Virus record (IMG/VR): IMGVR_UViG_3300035498_002028
Source of the DNA: a virus
Lineage: Duplodnaviria > Heunggongvirae > Uroviricota > Caudoviricetes
Reading direction: 5' to 3' (one strand)
DNA: 29,397 nucleotides
Shown here: piece by piece, positions 11,001-20,443 of the stretch
How positions within the stretch are numbered: the first letter of the stretch is position 1
Layout of the letters: every line of letters begins with the position of its first letter
The notes under the pieces: model-generated
What the model saw: only the letters and a program-made list of their open reading frames with translations
Told to the model about the DNA's origin: nothing
Databases searched by the model: none
Translations under genes and position numbers: made by a program

Positions 11001-12820
11001 TGCTTTCTATTAGTAGCGCCAAAGGATTAACAGAAACAGAGAGCCAGTATTTAACTGAGATAGCGAATTTGAATGCTGAAATCGCTAGATATCAAGAGCT
11101 TCGCGCTCAAGCATGGAGCGATTATCGGACAGCGTTAAATAGTGCCGACAGTGTTTATGGCGGCAAAACTGCCGATGAATGGTTGGAAATATACTATGAT
11201 TATGATACTTCTATCAATAATCTCACAGCAGATATTGTAGAATTAAATAATTCTATTGCCGACCTTCCATATCAATCAGTCGAAAAGATTCTTTCATTAC
11301 TAGAATCTGCACAATCATATGATAAATCTTCAATAGATTATAAATCAGCTCTTGGTTTAGACTTGAGCGTATCTGATTATGAGAAGCAGATGGAGAATAA
11401 CAGTAAGCAAATTGAGCAATATCAGAAAGAAAGAACTCAAGCATATGCTGATTACTTAAAAGCGCTTTCTAACTCAGAAGGTGTTTATGGCGGCAAAACT
11501 GCTAATGAGTGGCTTACTGAATACAATCAATTTGGCACTTCTATCAATAATCTTCTTGTAGAAAATGAAGAACTCAAAGATTCGTTAAGAGACGATGTAT
11601 ATTGGAGAACATTTGAAAAGGCTCATGCAGCTGCTCAAAGATTTCAAGATGTACTATCCGGTTTGTCAGAATTGATTGATGATGATATGTATTTTGATGA
11701 TGATAATAATTTGACTGAATACGGTGTTGCTCAAGTCGCTAATCTTGTTAGCGAATATGAGAATGCGCGCAAAGAAGTACAAAATTATCAAGCAGATATC
11801 GAAAACTTAAATAAGTTATACGCAGATGGTTTTTATACCGAAGATGAATATACTGAAAAGTTGAATGAGTTACAAGTTAGCTTATTAGATTCTGCATCAT
11901 CAATGAAAAAGTTTTCTGACAGTATTGTTGACATGTATAAAGACATGGCACAATCAGAGTTAGATTCACTTATGGACTTAATTGATGCGCGAAATGATGC
12001 ATTGAGCGCGAAGAAATCCTATTATGAATATGATAAGACAATTAAGGACAGAACAAAGGATATTCAAACACTAGAAGCTGAGATTGCAGCTCTTGAGGGT
12101 GTCGAAACAGCCGAAGCAAAAGCTAAACGTGCGACCTATGAAGCACAATTATCTGATGCAAAAGATGAGTTAGAAGATACTATCAATGAGCATATCTTTG
12201 ATTTATCACAAGATGCCCTGGATGAATTGAAAAATACATTACAGGATGCTTTTGATGATAAATGGGATAATATCAATTCAAATCTTACTGAATTGGCAAA
12301 TCTTATGTCAACTGCGAACCAGCTAACTTCTAGTTCGGCTGGTACTATTGTAAGCACAATGAATAAGCTGTTAGACTACTACGGTATTGACCCTGTAGCT
12401 TCCGGCATTCAAGCCGCTTATGCTTCTGGTACTAGAAATGTTCCTAAGAAACTCAATGCTCTTACCAACGAAAAAGGTAATGAGATTATTGTCACAAAAG
12501 ATGGTATGATTACTCCATTGGAGCAAGGCGATGGCGTTATTCCGTCATATTTGACAGATAGACTATACGACTTAGCTTTGAAAGGTGTACCTACACCTAA
12601 TATAACCATGCCAGACATCTCTTTTCCGGATATCGAAATCCCAGCGACAGAGGTAAGCCAACATTTTGATAGCCTTATCAATATTGAAGGTAGTGCTGAT
12701 GCTGCGACCGTGGAAGATTTGAAAGCACTCAGTAAAGATATTCTTGAAAAGTCATATAACTACACAAGTGAAAAAATCTACAAAGGATACTTAAAATCCG
12801 GCGGGAAAAGATATGTGTAA
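5084..12820 (+). CDS. Tape measure protein, exon 2
   Basis: ORF track 5129..12820; the frame is open back to 5024. Long coiled-coil protein with a TM-like segment near its start and TMP motifs (ALGGELGQELVV, YASGT..NEKGNEII). No convincing RBS before GTG 5129. Confidence 0.85.
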   Translation: MFRNLSTELDGFINQVGIAKTSIADLVNAFNAGSSGKTGASGLFSGLSAMQNSVSSGITQQDIVNIQAYNDQIDACVGSQTAFYRTMLSSSKAAQDMVAECNGGKVALSGLTAAENTSLGATIALKVGVIALNVALTMGLALAIQAVITGLTKLVNAKKDAADAAQTAASEAKTAAETAKEEADSIDELIEKYKELKNSDTQDSSTRAEIADIQSQIVDLVGDQVENLDLVNGKLDEQIEKLNEVKQLEAEKALDFANTAYTTAKKASDTAIGDDSVGFSSGYEYSGKTSYSEKELRNALGEYYQAVSKRPIFGTYGVNLTSNEQNLEFSGIDVSTIEGKIDALEEMRNRLSTLEGYADDDLYTGLGTAIEKYQELLDEETDSAKSLIERAADVESYNNDIIVDSAETYEEYRKKLIDLISDNDYISGKLSSGDISTDQIETYVNDYMASLDTFSDYYDEWAEKYNSTTESVNDGEVPLAGISKAIADETKRVEKFSELTKNFSDETKEWFNGLSDSDQDIVYDISLEVDDSATFTLEKWKSELETVKETGKTTESSLQDFYDLMQDTDDGNFSTVIDDFTSQLDTLQSALDNYYSGNLSNSDIFDLMQNFPILTQYADDLGTGIKVAMQDIIGSTSDAGSVMEVFDEQIQAVGENSAAADALRTLRDEMLSLYSVADDGFSFKIDAEIGHMDTVYDAIEKSVSSTGLDTDTINSVKQLYQNLEGYDESTLFERTANGIHLNVTALRELESEYEKQKKSEIDSHLDDLISQYNDLTEQINDCSDAAGTADLYAQRADILEQINDTADLAAQYEGLTSAFNKWEEAQSTPDEDDMFTTLSDGLDDIKELFDSGRVGVDDFREAVQLMTDTDLSTASVEELMSVYDNGFSTMKQFFTGSQDGLLQFLNTAKTVSDELGEDWVKLDENGNWSVNLGVGGDEELANAINEMTDLQMSTEEVQILLRAMSAYGFDVNLDSAYSSFELLQSDAEEANDKLKELSKTDYTFTFDTQSIDDVNEQITKAQDILDTFKDTDGNVDVSIDGAQEAQTILGTLISNKQTLTAPEVMQIDTTALSDVDTDISNAISLMQEFTKYSNDLEIETSLGIDTSDTQEKLQNVASKLDEVPDEVKTKLELDDEDFQTALTNLSNTEVDVSTGVTLNSEDIESVQSAINGIKTKDIELLTNSSEVTEALDGIDEYTIDDKTFNVSIDNNPMMELYSINSYVIKDKTYKVTAETSSSGTSDAQGSAYAKGVAYNSGDWGIKNSGTALGGELGQELVVRDGKYFTIGDNGAEFFNYKKGDIIFNAAQTKELFENGRVTSYGGRGKSFAKGTAFSNAQGTMYNKGDVVTVGKVSSSNDNSSSSKSNSKTALEKFQEWFSKLFDWIEIKLERQADKIEKYTTKADNAQNNGNYKSAAKNYRKAINATTTQVSYEQKAASKYNTQANSVLKKAVSMGVVSQKQANSIAKKVKSGSMNISEYSDKIQEVIKDYQEWYEKSKSAKDAITELHQSIREYIQDLKDVRDAQRDAKLESIDTYSSIGTSGVTQTSAAKNSQLNYTNSQLKSQNGAYDTEVKNVSSDTTSVGKTGTKAINKALKTSDAKKKKVYKKALNNAKKAIESKQKVSSADLKTIKKYSISVYEKIYAYNIALDNLETAKLEQATNYAATSSEIYQNIAETYSNMDEETNDNISLLSQKANNATTASAKNSYLSQQAAQYDTILSNDDAEINRYSAEVSSNKSTILKKNAGTSKYKKLDSATQAAVKKKIEAARKAAKSGVAISASVISALAKYYSKGYVTKAFYQACVDYNNAIESKAQAEAQKEIDEQTAIAEKAAIGTQMVSNVEQEYTNKLNENSSKTAQITTAQSLKTTRGLSLTASDYKNLINQSKTDQSLYSQAASAISQQIQANLAAGYWTTDSQEYKDAIQTMNDYSNKAEECRVEQEEWNNAIAQIPYTNLEKVLDLLDSIKDNYKSLLSISSAKGLTETESQYLTEIANLNAEIARYQELRAQAWSDYRTALNSADSVYGGKTADEWLEIYYDYDTSINNLTADIVELNNSIADLPYQSVEKILSLLESAQSYDKSSIDYKSALGLDLSVSDYEKQMENNSKQIEQYQKERTQAYADYLKALSNSEGVYGGKTANEWLTEYNQFGTSINNLLVENEELKDSLRDDVYWRTFEKAHAAAQRFQDVLSGLSELIDDDMYFDDDNNLTEYGVAQVANLVSEYENARKEVQNYQADIENLNKLYADGFYTEDEYTEKLNELQVSLLDSASSMKKFSDSIVDMYKDMAQSELDSLMDLIDARNDALSAKKSYYEYDKTIKDRTKDIQTLEAEIAALEGVETAEAKAKRATYEAQLSDAKDELEDTINEHIFDLSQDALDELKNTLQDAFDDKWDNINSNLTELANLMSTANQLTSSSAGTIVSTMNKLLDYYGIDPVASGIQAAYASGTRNVPKKLNALTNEKGNEIIVTKDGMITPLEQGDGVIPSYLTDRLYDLALKGVPTPNITMPDISFPDIEIPATEVSQHFDSLINIEGSADAATVEDLKALSKDILEKSYNYTSEKIYKGYLKSGGKRYV
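10900..11580 (+). repeat. About 110-aa tandem repeat within the TMP (approximate limits)
   Basis: GTGTTTATGGCGGCAAAACTGC occurs at 11151 and 11481 (330 nt apart); VYGGKTA.EWL...TSINNL and IA..PY...EK.L.LL.S each occur twice. Confidence 0.8.
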
Positions 12821-12827
12821 CTTACAG

Positions 12828-12863
12828 ATAGTGGGGTCACTTCAATGTGATTCCCACTATTTT
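12828..12863 (+). terminator. Intrinsic terminator-like hairpin after the TMP gene
   Basis: ATAGTGGGGTCAC-ttcaat-GTGATTCCCACTAT followed by a T-rich tail. Confidence 0.65.
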
Positions 12864-12891
12864 AATTATTTTAGAAGGGAGAACGTGCAAA

Positions 12892-13776
12892 ATGATAGGA
12901 GAAGATTTTGCTTTTAATGGAAGCTGGCTTTCAGACTATGATTTAAAAATGTATGACCCGCAAGATTCTCAACAATTTATCAGCAGGGAAATTGATAAGG
13001 CTGATATATCTGCAATAAGAGAAATTCCAAATCATTACTCTACTCATTATTCTGATGTATTGATTCTCTCTTTTTTGGTTTTGAAAAATCCAGACATATA
13101 TGATACAGATGAAATGCGACTTACGGGAGATGACGTGGACGAAATTCGTGCATGGTTGGAAAGTCCCAAAACGCCAGCAGAACTTCATATGATGTTTGTT
13201 GAAGATAGTTTTGATACATATTATTTCGGAATTTTTACAGATGTTCAACCATACATTTTTGAACAAGATTGTTATGGTTTGTATTTGACATTTACTTGTA
13301 ATGCGCCATATGGATTTTCGCCATATGTGAAAAATAAATATGTTATATCGAATAATGATATTACCTCTGGTTCTTTTTATAATAATTCCTCTGAAAAGAA
13401 TAGTTTTGTTAAACCACTGGTAACAATATATTCGAGCGGAGTATTTAATGGTAGTGAAAAAATCACTATTCAAAATAAGACCGATAATAACAATTCAATG
13501 GTTATTACCTTACCAAAAGGAATTTCTAAATTGATTATTGATACACAAAAGAAGCAAATAACTGACCAAGATGGTAACTTGATTACAATGAGTGATATCG
13601 GCGTAACCGTACCTTCAAGCGATGAGTACAATTTTATATCAGCAGAAACCTATTTATTTTACTGGTTTAGATTAGCTTATGGCGCAAATCAGTTATTATT
13701 TATTCCGGAAAACAATAGCACCATTACAACAGTAGAAATTAGTGCTAGACATCCGAGAAAGTCGGGAGGATTTTAA
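12892..13776 (+). CDS. Distal tail protein (Dit-like)
   Basis: Directly follows the TMP; N-terminal DFAFNGSWLSDY, plus TFTCNAPYGFS and WFRLAYGAN motifs; ATG 12892 follows GAAGGGAG. Confidence 0.75.
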   Translation: MIGEDFAFNGSWLSDYDLKMYDPQDSQQFISREIDKADISAIREIPNHYSTHYSDVLILSFLVLKNPDIYDTDEMRLTGDDVDEIRAWLESPKTPAELHMMFVEDSFDTYYFGIFTDVQPYIFEQDCYGLYLTFTCNAPYGFSPYVKNKYVISNNDITSGSFYNNSSEKNSFVKPLVTIYSSGVFNGSEKITIQNKTDNNNSMVITLPKGISKLIIDTQKKQITDQDGNLITMSDIGVTVPSSDEYNFISAETYLFYWFRLAYGANQLLFIPENNSTITTVEISARHPRKSGGF

Positions 13777-13778
13777 TT

Positions 13779-16700
13779 ATGTTTAATGTAGATATTTACA
13801 ATAATCCCGAACCATTAAGCATTTTTTTGGCACAACCATCCGGAAAAATCATTTGTTGTCTTGATGAATTCATAAACACAGATGACACAAGCCTTGTTAT
13901 CGGGCTAAACCAACAGTATGAGCTTGATTTCACAATAACAAATAGTCTTAATGACATACAGACATCCTATGAAGCAATTCAAGAAGGTATGTATTTATTT
14001 GTCGAAAAGATTGGTCTATTCAAAATGAAGCAACCATCCGTAAAAAATAATGGTATTACGGAAACAAAGACTGTGATTGCATTTAGTTGTGATTGTGAAT
14101 TAGAGGATAAGAATTGCTCTCTCTCATTAAATATGGGCACGACTGAATCACAGGAATATCTTGTAACCTATGATGATGACGAGACAGAATCTTTATTGAA
14201 TCCATATACAAATATTCCATACGATTGGCTTGTGATTTATAATACTTTCCCAGAGCAACTTGAGATTGCAAAAGAGAAATATATCAATGGTTATTATGGT
14301 TCAAAGGACGCAAGCGGTCAAGTGACAACGACCGATGAATCAATTATTAGCGAGTTATCGCAGCTATTTAATTTGATTCCACGATTAAAAAATAAAGTTA
14401 CGGAAACAGTTGATTCAAATGGTATATCCGATTATTCACTTACAGAGTATGTATTATTTACATACGATGAATCTGGTGAAAAACTTATCTCCATTACTCT
14501 TCTATCGAATTTCTTAGACCGAGTGGATACCTTAATTACATTCTACAAGAAATACAGGAAACAACTTAGTTTATTATCTGTCGTATTAGATAAGATTGGT
14601 GGAGCCTGGGATATTGGAGAAATATACGGCGTTTCAGAAGGCGACTATACTCTTGCGAATAAAAAATATCAATTTGAAACGGATGAAACAATATATTCTT
14701 TTCTAACATATACATTATCCGAAGCGTCTGAATGTATTGTATCATTTGATTTAGTTAATCGCAAAGTGAATATGACACCCGTTAGTGTAATCGGAGAAAA
14801 TACCGGAATCAATTTCAGTTACGACAATTTAATAAATACGCTGGATATTTCTTCAAATGATGAACAACTTACGACACGTTTATATGTGACTGGCGCGAGT
14901 GATTTATCAATTGAACAAGTAAATTTTGGATTGGCTTATATTGATGATATTACATACAAGTTAAATGCAAGAGATAGCAACGGAAAGCGTATCTATGTAT
15001 CCGATGAACTTGCGGAAAAGTATATGAAGTTTATCGAATATAGAGAATCACTGAGACAACAATATATTCAGTATTCAAAGGACTATAGCTCATATGGCGA
15101 ACAAATAACAGAATTGCAGTACCGTGTGCCTAATGATAGCTTAAAAACCGATTGGGGAACATATACATATGATGAGCTTACGGCTGCATTGACAACATAT
15201 AAGAACCTATTGGCTTCTCTCATAGCTTTGTATAAAGAAGATTACGGTACAGCTGGTGTAAATGACGATGGCAGTGTAAATGAATCTTATATCAAACAAA
15301 CGATGTATTGGTATGATTATGAAGCATATCAGAATACCATTACTGAAATCGAGTGTGCCTGCCATACTTATCCTTATTATTCAGATGAAACAAAATGGAC
15401 TGATGAGGATATTGCTCAATTTAAAGAAGCAATCAAAGCATGGGAAACTGATTGGACATTGTACGGCACAATCGAATTGCAAGCAAAGATTGACACTTAT
15501 ACTTCTAATATGAAGATACTCGCTGAGCAATCTGTTATTTTAACATCTGCCGAAGCTGACACAATTAAAACATGGTCGGAACTCACAGACGATGAAAAAG
15601 AGCAATTTGGCGGCGCTGAAATCAACTATTTCTATGATAAATACATGACCTATTATAATTATAGGCAATCAGCATATGAATACTTAGATAGTCTGCAAAC
15701 GGAAATTAACTCTTTGAAAAAGGCACAAACTGATTGCCAGGCAAATCGTGTCAATATTGTTAAGAATGTCACAGTAGATAATTATTTCACGGCAGATGAG
15801 TGCAAAGAGATTTATCTATTATATAGAGATTCATCATACAGTAATGAAAATATTCTCGTAACATCAATAGACGATTCAAGTAAATCCATTGATATTATGA
15901 GCGAGCTATTGGACGATGGCATAGAAAAGCTATCTACTCTATGTAGACCACAATTAACATTCGCCGTAGATTCTGATAATCTTTTAGGCTTGGTTGAATT
16001 TCAACCGTTGTGGAAACATTTTATTCCTGGCAATTATATCTTAGTACAGTATAAAGACAATACCTATATGAAGCTGAGATTGGTTGGTTATAAATTCAAT
16101 CCACTACTGCCCTCTTCTAAAGAATTTACCATGACTTTTAGTAATTACATCCGCTCAAAGACGAAGGTTTCAGACCTTGAGGATTTACTTGGTCTTTCTG
16201 CGTCAGCTGGTACAAATGGAGGTTCTGGTAGTTCTAGTGGTGGTTCAGATGGTACATATGGCGAATCAGACGATATTGATGTAACAATCAGCAATACAAT
16301 GTTGGCAAAGTTGCTGAATAGTGAAATGTTTGGCACACGAGTTAGCAATATCATTCTTGATACTGTGGATGTAAATTCAATTACGGCGAAGTATGCAAAG
16401 TTTGAAGGACTTGCAAAAGGCACTACCACAATTGACGGAAAATGCGTTACAACGGGTTATATTATTGACCAGATGTATAACGGCAAAGATGGAGATGTAG
16501 ATAATACCTCTGGTTCAGTCATCAATTTGGAAAGTGGCAAATTCAATTTTGCTGGTGGAAAAATAAAGTATGACGGAGATACCCTTGCTGTTAAAGGGTC
16601 AATAACAGCTGATAGCGGATATATTGGTGGAGAATCTGGTTTTGTTATTGCTGCCGGAAAGTTGTATTCTAATGGTCATAGTGCATATAACACCGACAAA

Positions 16701-18170
16701 GATGGTGTATATGTGGGAACAGATTATATTGCACTAGGCAAAAACGGAGCAACATATTTCAAAAGTGATGGTACAGGTAAAATCGGAAGTTGGTATGTGA
16801 ACGGAAGCTCTATATATAGAGGTAATGCAAATTATGGAACTTCTGGCGGTATGTACTTTGGCACAAATGGAATTTCTATTTCTGATAAGTTTAAAGTAGA
16901 CAATGAAGGTAATTTATCAATAACAGACCTTTTCACTGTTACTAAGGATGGGAAATTGACTGCCACAAGTGCTTCTATCACTGGCGACATTACAGCAGAT
17001 AAGTTGACTGCGACATCTGAGGGAACAATCGCTTGTTGGAACATTAACAGCACATCTATTTGGCATGGTAATAAATCATGGGGACAAGCTGGTGGAATGT
17101 ATTTTGGAACAAGCGGATTATCAGTATCAAATAAATTTACTGTAACTGCGACTGGTAATGTTAATATTGGAGATAAATTAAAATTTGATGGAAGTACACT
17201 TACGTTTGGTTCTGACGTGACTTTAGAATGGTCACAAGTTAGTAACTCTCCTACTATCCCTACTGATGTAAGCCAGTTGACAGATAGTTATGGTCAAAAA
17301 TGGAGTACAAGTATCGGTAATAGTTGGATTAGTACAGCTAACGTAATTGCTCAAAATTTGACAGTAAACAATGGAAACTTTACAAAAACATTTAAGGTTA
17401 ATTCATATATGAATAATCCAACATGGGGTCAAACAGATTTATATTTTGTTATAGATTCTAGTAGCAGCGGTATAGAATTTGGTTATACATCGGGTGGCAA
17501 TTTAGCCGCTGGGATTGTCATAGATGATACCTCAATCCAAATAACTACTCCGAATAACGCAAAATTCGGCTATGATAATTTGTATATAAATGGTGTTTCA
17601 TTTGGAGAAATAATCCCAAGTTATGATTTATCGCTTTATGCTAAAAAAGCATCTAACAACACGTTTAGTGGAAACAATACTTTCAATGGAACTAGCACTT
17701 TTGGTGATAAAGTAACATTGAATGATGAAATAAGTGCAAACGGTATTAAAAAACATACTTCCACTTCAACGGCAAATATACGAATGCAAGATGGAACTAA
17801 CGCATGGTTAGCGGAATTAACATCATCTTCTCAGCGATATAAGCATGATATATCAGACATTGTTGACGAAACATTGAAGCCTAGCAAGTTGTACGACCTT
17901 CCAATCCGGCAATATATTTATAATTTTGATTATCTTGACGATGATGACAAGAGATACAATAAGCTAGTATGCGGATTTATTGCGGAAGAAATGGACGAAT
18001 ATTATCCAATTGCTACAGAATATAACCCAAATGGACAACCAGAAAACTGGAATGAGCGTTATGTTATTCCACCCATGCTTGCTCTTATCCAAGAACAACA
18101 CAAAGAAATTAACGAATTGAAATCTCAGTTGAATGAGATTTTGGATAGTTTGGGAAAGGCAAATAATTGA
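13779..18170 (+). CDS. Tail tip/spike protein (Tal-like) with C-terminal peptidase S74 intramolecular chaperone
   Basis: 1463 aa following Dit; Gly-rich beta repeats (GGMYFGT.G.S.S.KF.V twice); C-terminal SSQRYKHDI...GFIAEEM followed by a coiled coil. Confidence 0.8.
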   Translation: MFNVDIYNNPEPLSIFLAQPSGKIICCLDEFINTDDTSLVIGLNQQYELDFTITNSLNDIQTSYEAIQEGMYLFVEKIGLFKMKQPSVKNNGITETKTVIAFSCDCELEDKNCSLSLNMGTTESQEYLVTYDDDETESLLNPYTNIPYDWLVIYNTFPEQLEIAKEKYINGYYGSKDASGQVTTTDESIISELSQLFNLIPRLKNKVTETVDSNGISDYSLTEYVLFTYDESGEKLISITLLSNFLDRVDTLITFYKKYRKQLSLLSVVLDKIGGAWDIGEIYGVSEGDYTLANKKYQFETDETIYSFLTYTLSEASECIVSFDLVNRKVNMTPVSVIGENTGINFSYDNLINTLDISSNDEQLTTRLYVTGASDLSIEQVNFGLAYIDDITYKLNARDSNGKRIYVSDELAEKYMKFIEYRESLRQQYIQYSKDYSSYGEQITELQYRVPNDSLKTDWGTYTYDELTAALTTYKNLLASLIALYKEDYGTAGVNDDGSVNESYIKQTMYWYDYEAYQNTITEIECACHTYPYYSDETKWTDEDIAQFKEAIKAWETDWTLYGTIELQAKIDTYTSNMKILAEQSVILTSAEADTIKTWSELTDDEKEQFGGAEINYFYDKYMTYYNYRQSAYEYLDSLQTEINSLKKAQTDCQANRVNIVKNVTVDNYFTADECKEIYLLYRDSSYSNENILVTSIDDSSKSIDIMSELLDDGIEKLSTLCRPQLTFAVDSDNLLGLVEFQPLWKHFIPGNYILVQYKDNTYMKLRLVGYKFNPLLPSSKEFTMTFSNYIRSKTKVSDLEDLLGLSASAGTNGGSGSSSGGSDGTYGESDDIDVTISNTMLAKLLNSEMFGTRVSNIILDTVDVNSITAKYAKFEGLAKGTTTIDGKCVTTGYIIDQMYNGKDGDVDNTSGSVINLESGKFNFAGGKIKYDGDTLAVKGSITADSGYIGGESGFVIAAGKLYSNGHSAYNTDKDGVYVGTDYIALGKNGATYFKSDGTGKIGSWYVNGSSIYRGNANYGTSGGMYFGTNGISISDKFKVDNEGNLSITDLFTVTKDGKLTATSASITGDITADKLTATSEGTIACWNINSTSIWHGNKSWGQAGGMYFGTSGLSVSNKFTVTATGNVNIGDKLKFDGSTLTFGSDVTLEWSQVSNSPTIPTDVSQLTDSYGQKWSTSIGNSWISTANVIAQNLTVNNGNFTKTFKVNSYMNNPTWGQTDLYFVIDSSSSGIEFGYTSGGNLAAGIVIDDTSIQITTPNNAKFGYDNLYINGVSFGEIIPSYDLSLYAKKASNNTFSGNNTFNGTSTFGDKVTLNDEISANGIKKHTSTSTANIRMQDGTNAWLAELTSSSQRYKHDISDIVDETLKPSKLYDLPIRQYIYNFDYLDDDDKRYNKLVCGFIAEEMDEYYPIATEYNPNGQPENWNERYVIPPMLALIQEQHKEINELKSQLNEILDSLGKANN

Positions 18171-18191
18171 AGATAGAAAGGAGATTTGAAC

Positions 18192-18638
18192 ATGAAAATG
18201 ACAAATCATACATTGATTAGGCTTGTTAATGAGTTGAGTTTTTTTGTTGATAAAAAGCTCCCTCAGAAGATTAGTTACGCTATTACGCGTAATATAATGT
18301 TGGCTACAACGGAATATCAGATTTATGAAGCACAATTGAAAAAAATTATAGAATCATACTCAGACAATATGTTAAAAGATAGTGACGGTAACGTTAAAGT
18401 GTCCACAAACGGATTGCCTATGGTTGATAAATCTGTATCCCAAGAGTTTTATGATACCATTGCTGATTTGTTAAATATTGAGATTGAGTTAGATATTTAT
18501 ACAATTGATGAAAGTGCTTTTGATTATGACGATAATGGAAAGTATGACGTATTAACAGCAAACAATATTATATTACTACAGTCTATTTTGTGTTCACATG
18601 AAGATACCAAAAATAAAAAATCAGAAGGTGATGAATAA
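18192..18638 (+). CDS. Hypothetical phage protein
   Basis: ORF track 18186..18638; GAAAGGAG RBS; KLPQKISYAITRN motif. Confidence 0.6.
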   Translation: MKMTNHTLIRLVNELSFFVDKKLPQKISYAITRNIMLATTEYQIYEAQLKKIIESYSDNMLKDSDGNVKVSTNGLPMVDKSVSQEFYDTIADLLNIEIELDIYTIDESAFDYDDNGKYDVLTANNIILLQSILCSHEDTKNKKSEGDE

Positions 18639-19039
18639 TGCGGAATATGTCTGAAAAGAAATATCAGCAAAAACTTGAGAAAATTCAAAAAAATAATGAA
18701 TCCCTCAAGAGAATTCAACTTTTGAAAGATGAACGAAATAAATATAGGACAAGTATTATTAAAAAGGTTTCCACAACAAAACTTGTAATGCTCTATTTAT
18801 TCTTACTGCTCAATGTCATATTGATTTTTGCTATGGTTGCAATGTGGCATTTTGCAGATTTATCATATTTAGGCGTTCTTGTCACTGATATTGCGGCACA
18901 AATCATTACGTTCTTTATATATGCAGTGAAATCAACAAAAGAAAACACAGTTGGCGGCATTACATATGATTTAGCAATGATGGATGCAGATAGTGTCGAT
19001 GAAAGTATTGAGGAAGATGTTGAGGAATCTGTTAGTTGA
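18638..19039 (+). CDS. Two-TM membrane protein (holin-like or lysis accessory)
   Basis: Basic N-terminus, two hydrophobic segments and an acidic tail; located in the lysis cassette. Confidence 0.6.
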   Translation: MRNMSEKKYQQKLEKIQKNNESLKRIQLLKDERNKYRTSIIKKVSTTKLVMLYLFLLLNVILIFAMVAMWHFADLSYLGVLVTDIAAQIITFFIYAVKSTKENTVGGITYDLAMMDADSVDESIEEDVEESVS

Positions 19040-19053
19040 TTGGAGGAAGTAAT

Positions 19054-19440
19054 ATGAATATTTTGACTGGCATTAAAAATTTCTTGTCGTTTATCAATGA
19101 TAATTGGACTTTGATTATTGTAATTATTGGATTGGCGATTGCTGTTTATAAAAAGGTAAAAGCATACTTCTCACTGAGTACAGACGAGAAAGTTGCAATT
19201 GCCAAAAAGCAAATCAGTGAATCAATCTTGAAAATGATTACAGATGCAGAGGAAGATTATGAAAATTGGGTAAAAGCTGGCGAAATTAAGCGCTCCGAGG
19301 TTATCAAGAAAATCTTTGACGATTATCCTATTTTGAATAATGTTACAAATCAAGAGGAACTAATCAGTTGGATTGATTCAGAGATTAACAATGCGCTCAA
19401 AACATTACGAGCTATTATCCAGGAAAATACAGATGAGTAA
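19054..19440 (+). CDS. Putative holin (LL-H-like)
   Basis: ATG 19054 follows GGAGG; single N-terminal TM and AEE..GEIKRSEV motif; directly upstream of the endolysin. Confidence 0.65.
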   Translation: MNILTGIKNFLSFINDNWTLIIVIIGLAIAVYKKVKAYFSLSTDEKVAIAKKQISESILKMITDAEEDYENWVKAGEIKRSEVIKKIFDDYPILNNVTNQEELISWIDSEINNALKTLRAIIQENTDE

Positions 19441-19452
19441 TCTAATTATCCC

Positions 19453-19482
19453 AAGGGAGCAGTAAACCACTGCTCTCTTTTT
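19453..19482 (+). terminator. Intrinsic terminator-like hairpin
   Basis: AAGGGAGCAGT-aaacc-ACTGCTCTCTT followed by TTT. Confidence 0.6.
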
Positions 19483-19498
19483 ATATGGAGGAAATAAT

Positions 19499-20383
19499 AT
19501 GGCTAATACGGTTAATAAAGTAATTGCGATTGCACAGAATGAGGTTGGTTATCTCGAAAAATCGGCAACCGCATATAAGAAGAATCCAGCAGTTTTGGAT
19601 AAAAAGACCGAAGGTGCAGGAAGTGACAATTACACAAAATATGGTAGGGATATGCACAAAGTTTATCCGGCAGTAATGGATTTCCCTGCATATTGGTGTG
19701 ATGCTTTTGTAGATTGGTGTTTTTATACAGCATATGGAATTGCAACGGCTAAATCACTTCTTGGTGGTAATTTTGATGACTATACTGTTGCTTCTGCGAC
19801 AATGTATAGCAAAAAGGGAGCTTGGCATAAGGCAAGTGAAACGCCGGAAGTTGGCGACCAGATTTTCTTTGTAAAGTCTGGCACGAAACAAGAGATTGGT
19901 AATATTTGCCATACTGGACTTGTATATAAGGTTACAAGCACAAGAGTATATACAATCGAAGGTAATACAAGTGGTGGCAATACGGTAGTTGCCAATGGCG
20001 GCGGCGTAGCATACAAGGATTATCCTTTGAACTATAGTCGAATTGCCGGATATGGCAGACCAAAATATGATAAGTCTACGACTACAGTAAAAAGCGATAG
20101 TGCTAAAGCTACTAATGCAGATAAGAAAAGCGATATTCCTACTTTGGCAAGTGCAACACCTAATTTGAAAAAAGGCAGCACTGGAAAACAGGTGGGCTAT
20201 TTACAGCAAGATTTGAAGTATCTTGGTTTTAAGGGGAAAAATGGGAAGGTTTTAACTGTCGATGAAAGTTTTGGCGAAAATACAGATTATGCTCTGCGCG
20301 CTTTCCAAACAAAATATAAATTGATAGTTGATGGAGTTTATGGAAATGCATCAAAAAGTAAAATGTCAGCATTGTTAAAGTAA
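19499..20383 (+). CDS. Endolysin: CHAP domain plus C-terminal peptidoglycan-binding domain
   Basis: YWCDAFVDWC, HTGLV and TIEGNT motifs; LKKGSTGKQVGYLQ...FQ...VDGVYG (PG_binding_1-like). Confidence 0.9.
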   Translation: MANTVNKVIAIAQNEVGYLEKSATAYKKNPAVLDKKTEGAGSDNYTKYGRDMHKVYPAVMDFPAYWCDAFVDWCFYTAYGIATAKSLLGGNFDDYTVASATMYSKKGAWHKASETPEVGDQIFFVKSGTKQEIGNICHTGLVYKVTSTRVYTIEGNTSGGNTVVANGGGVAYKDYPLNYSRIAGYGRPKYDKSTTTVKSDSAKATNADKKSDIPTLASATPNLKKGSTGKQVGYLQQDLKYLGFKGKNGKVLTVDESFGENTDYALRAFQTKYKLIVDGVYGNASKSKMSALLK

Positions 20384-20443
20384 CTCCAAAACGAAAGTTT
20401 AAGAGTGGCGGCTATTATGCCGCCTTAATTATAGGAGGAAAAC

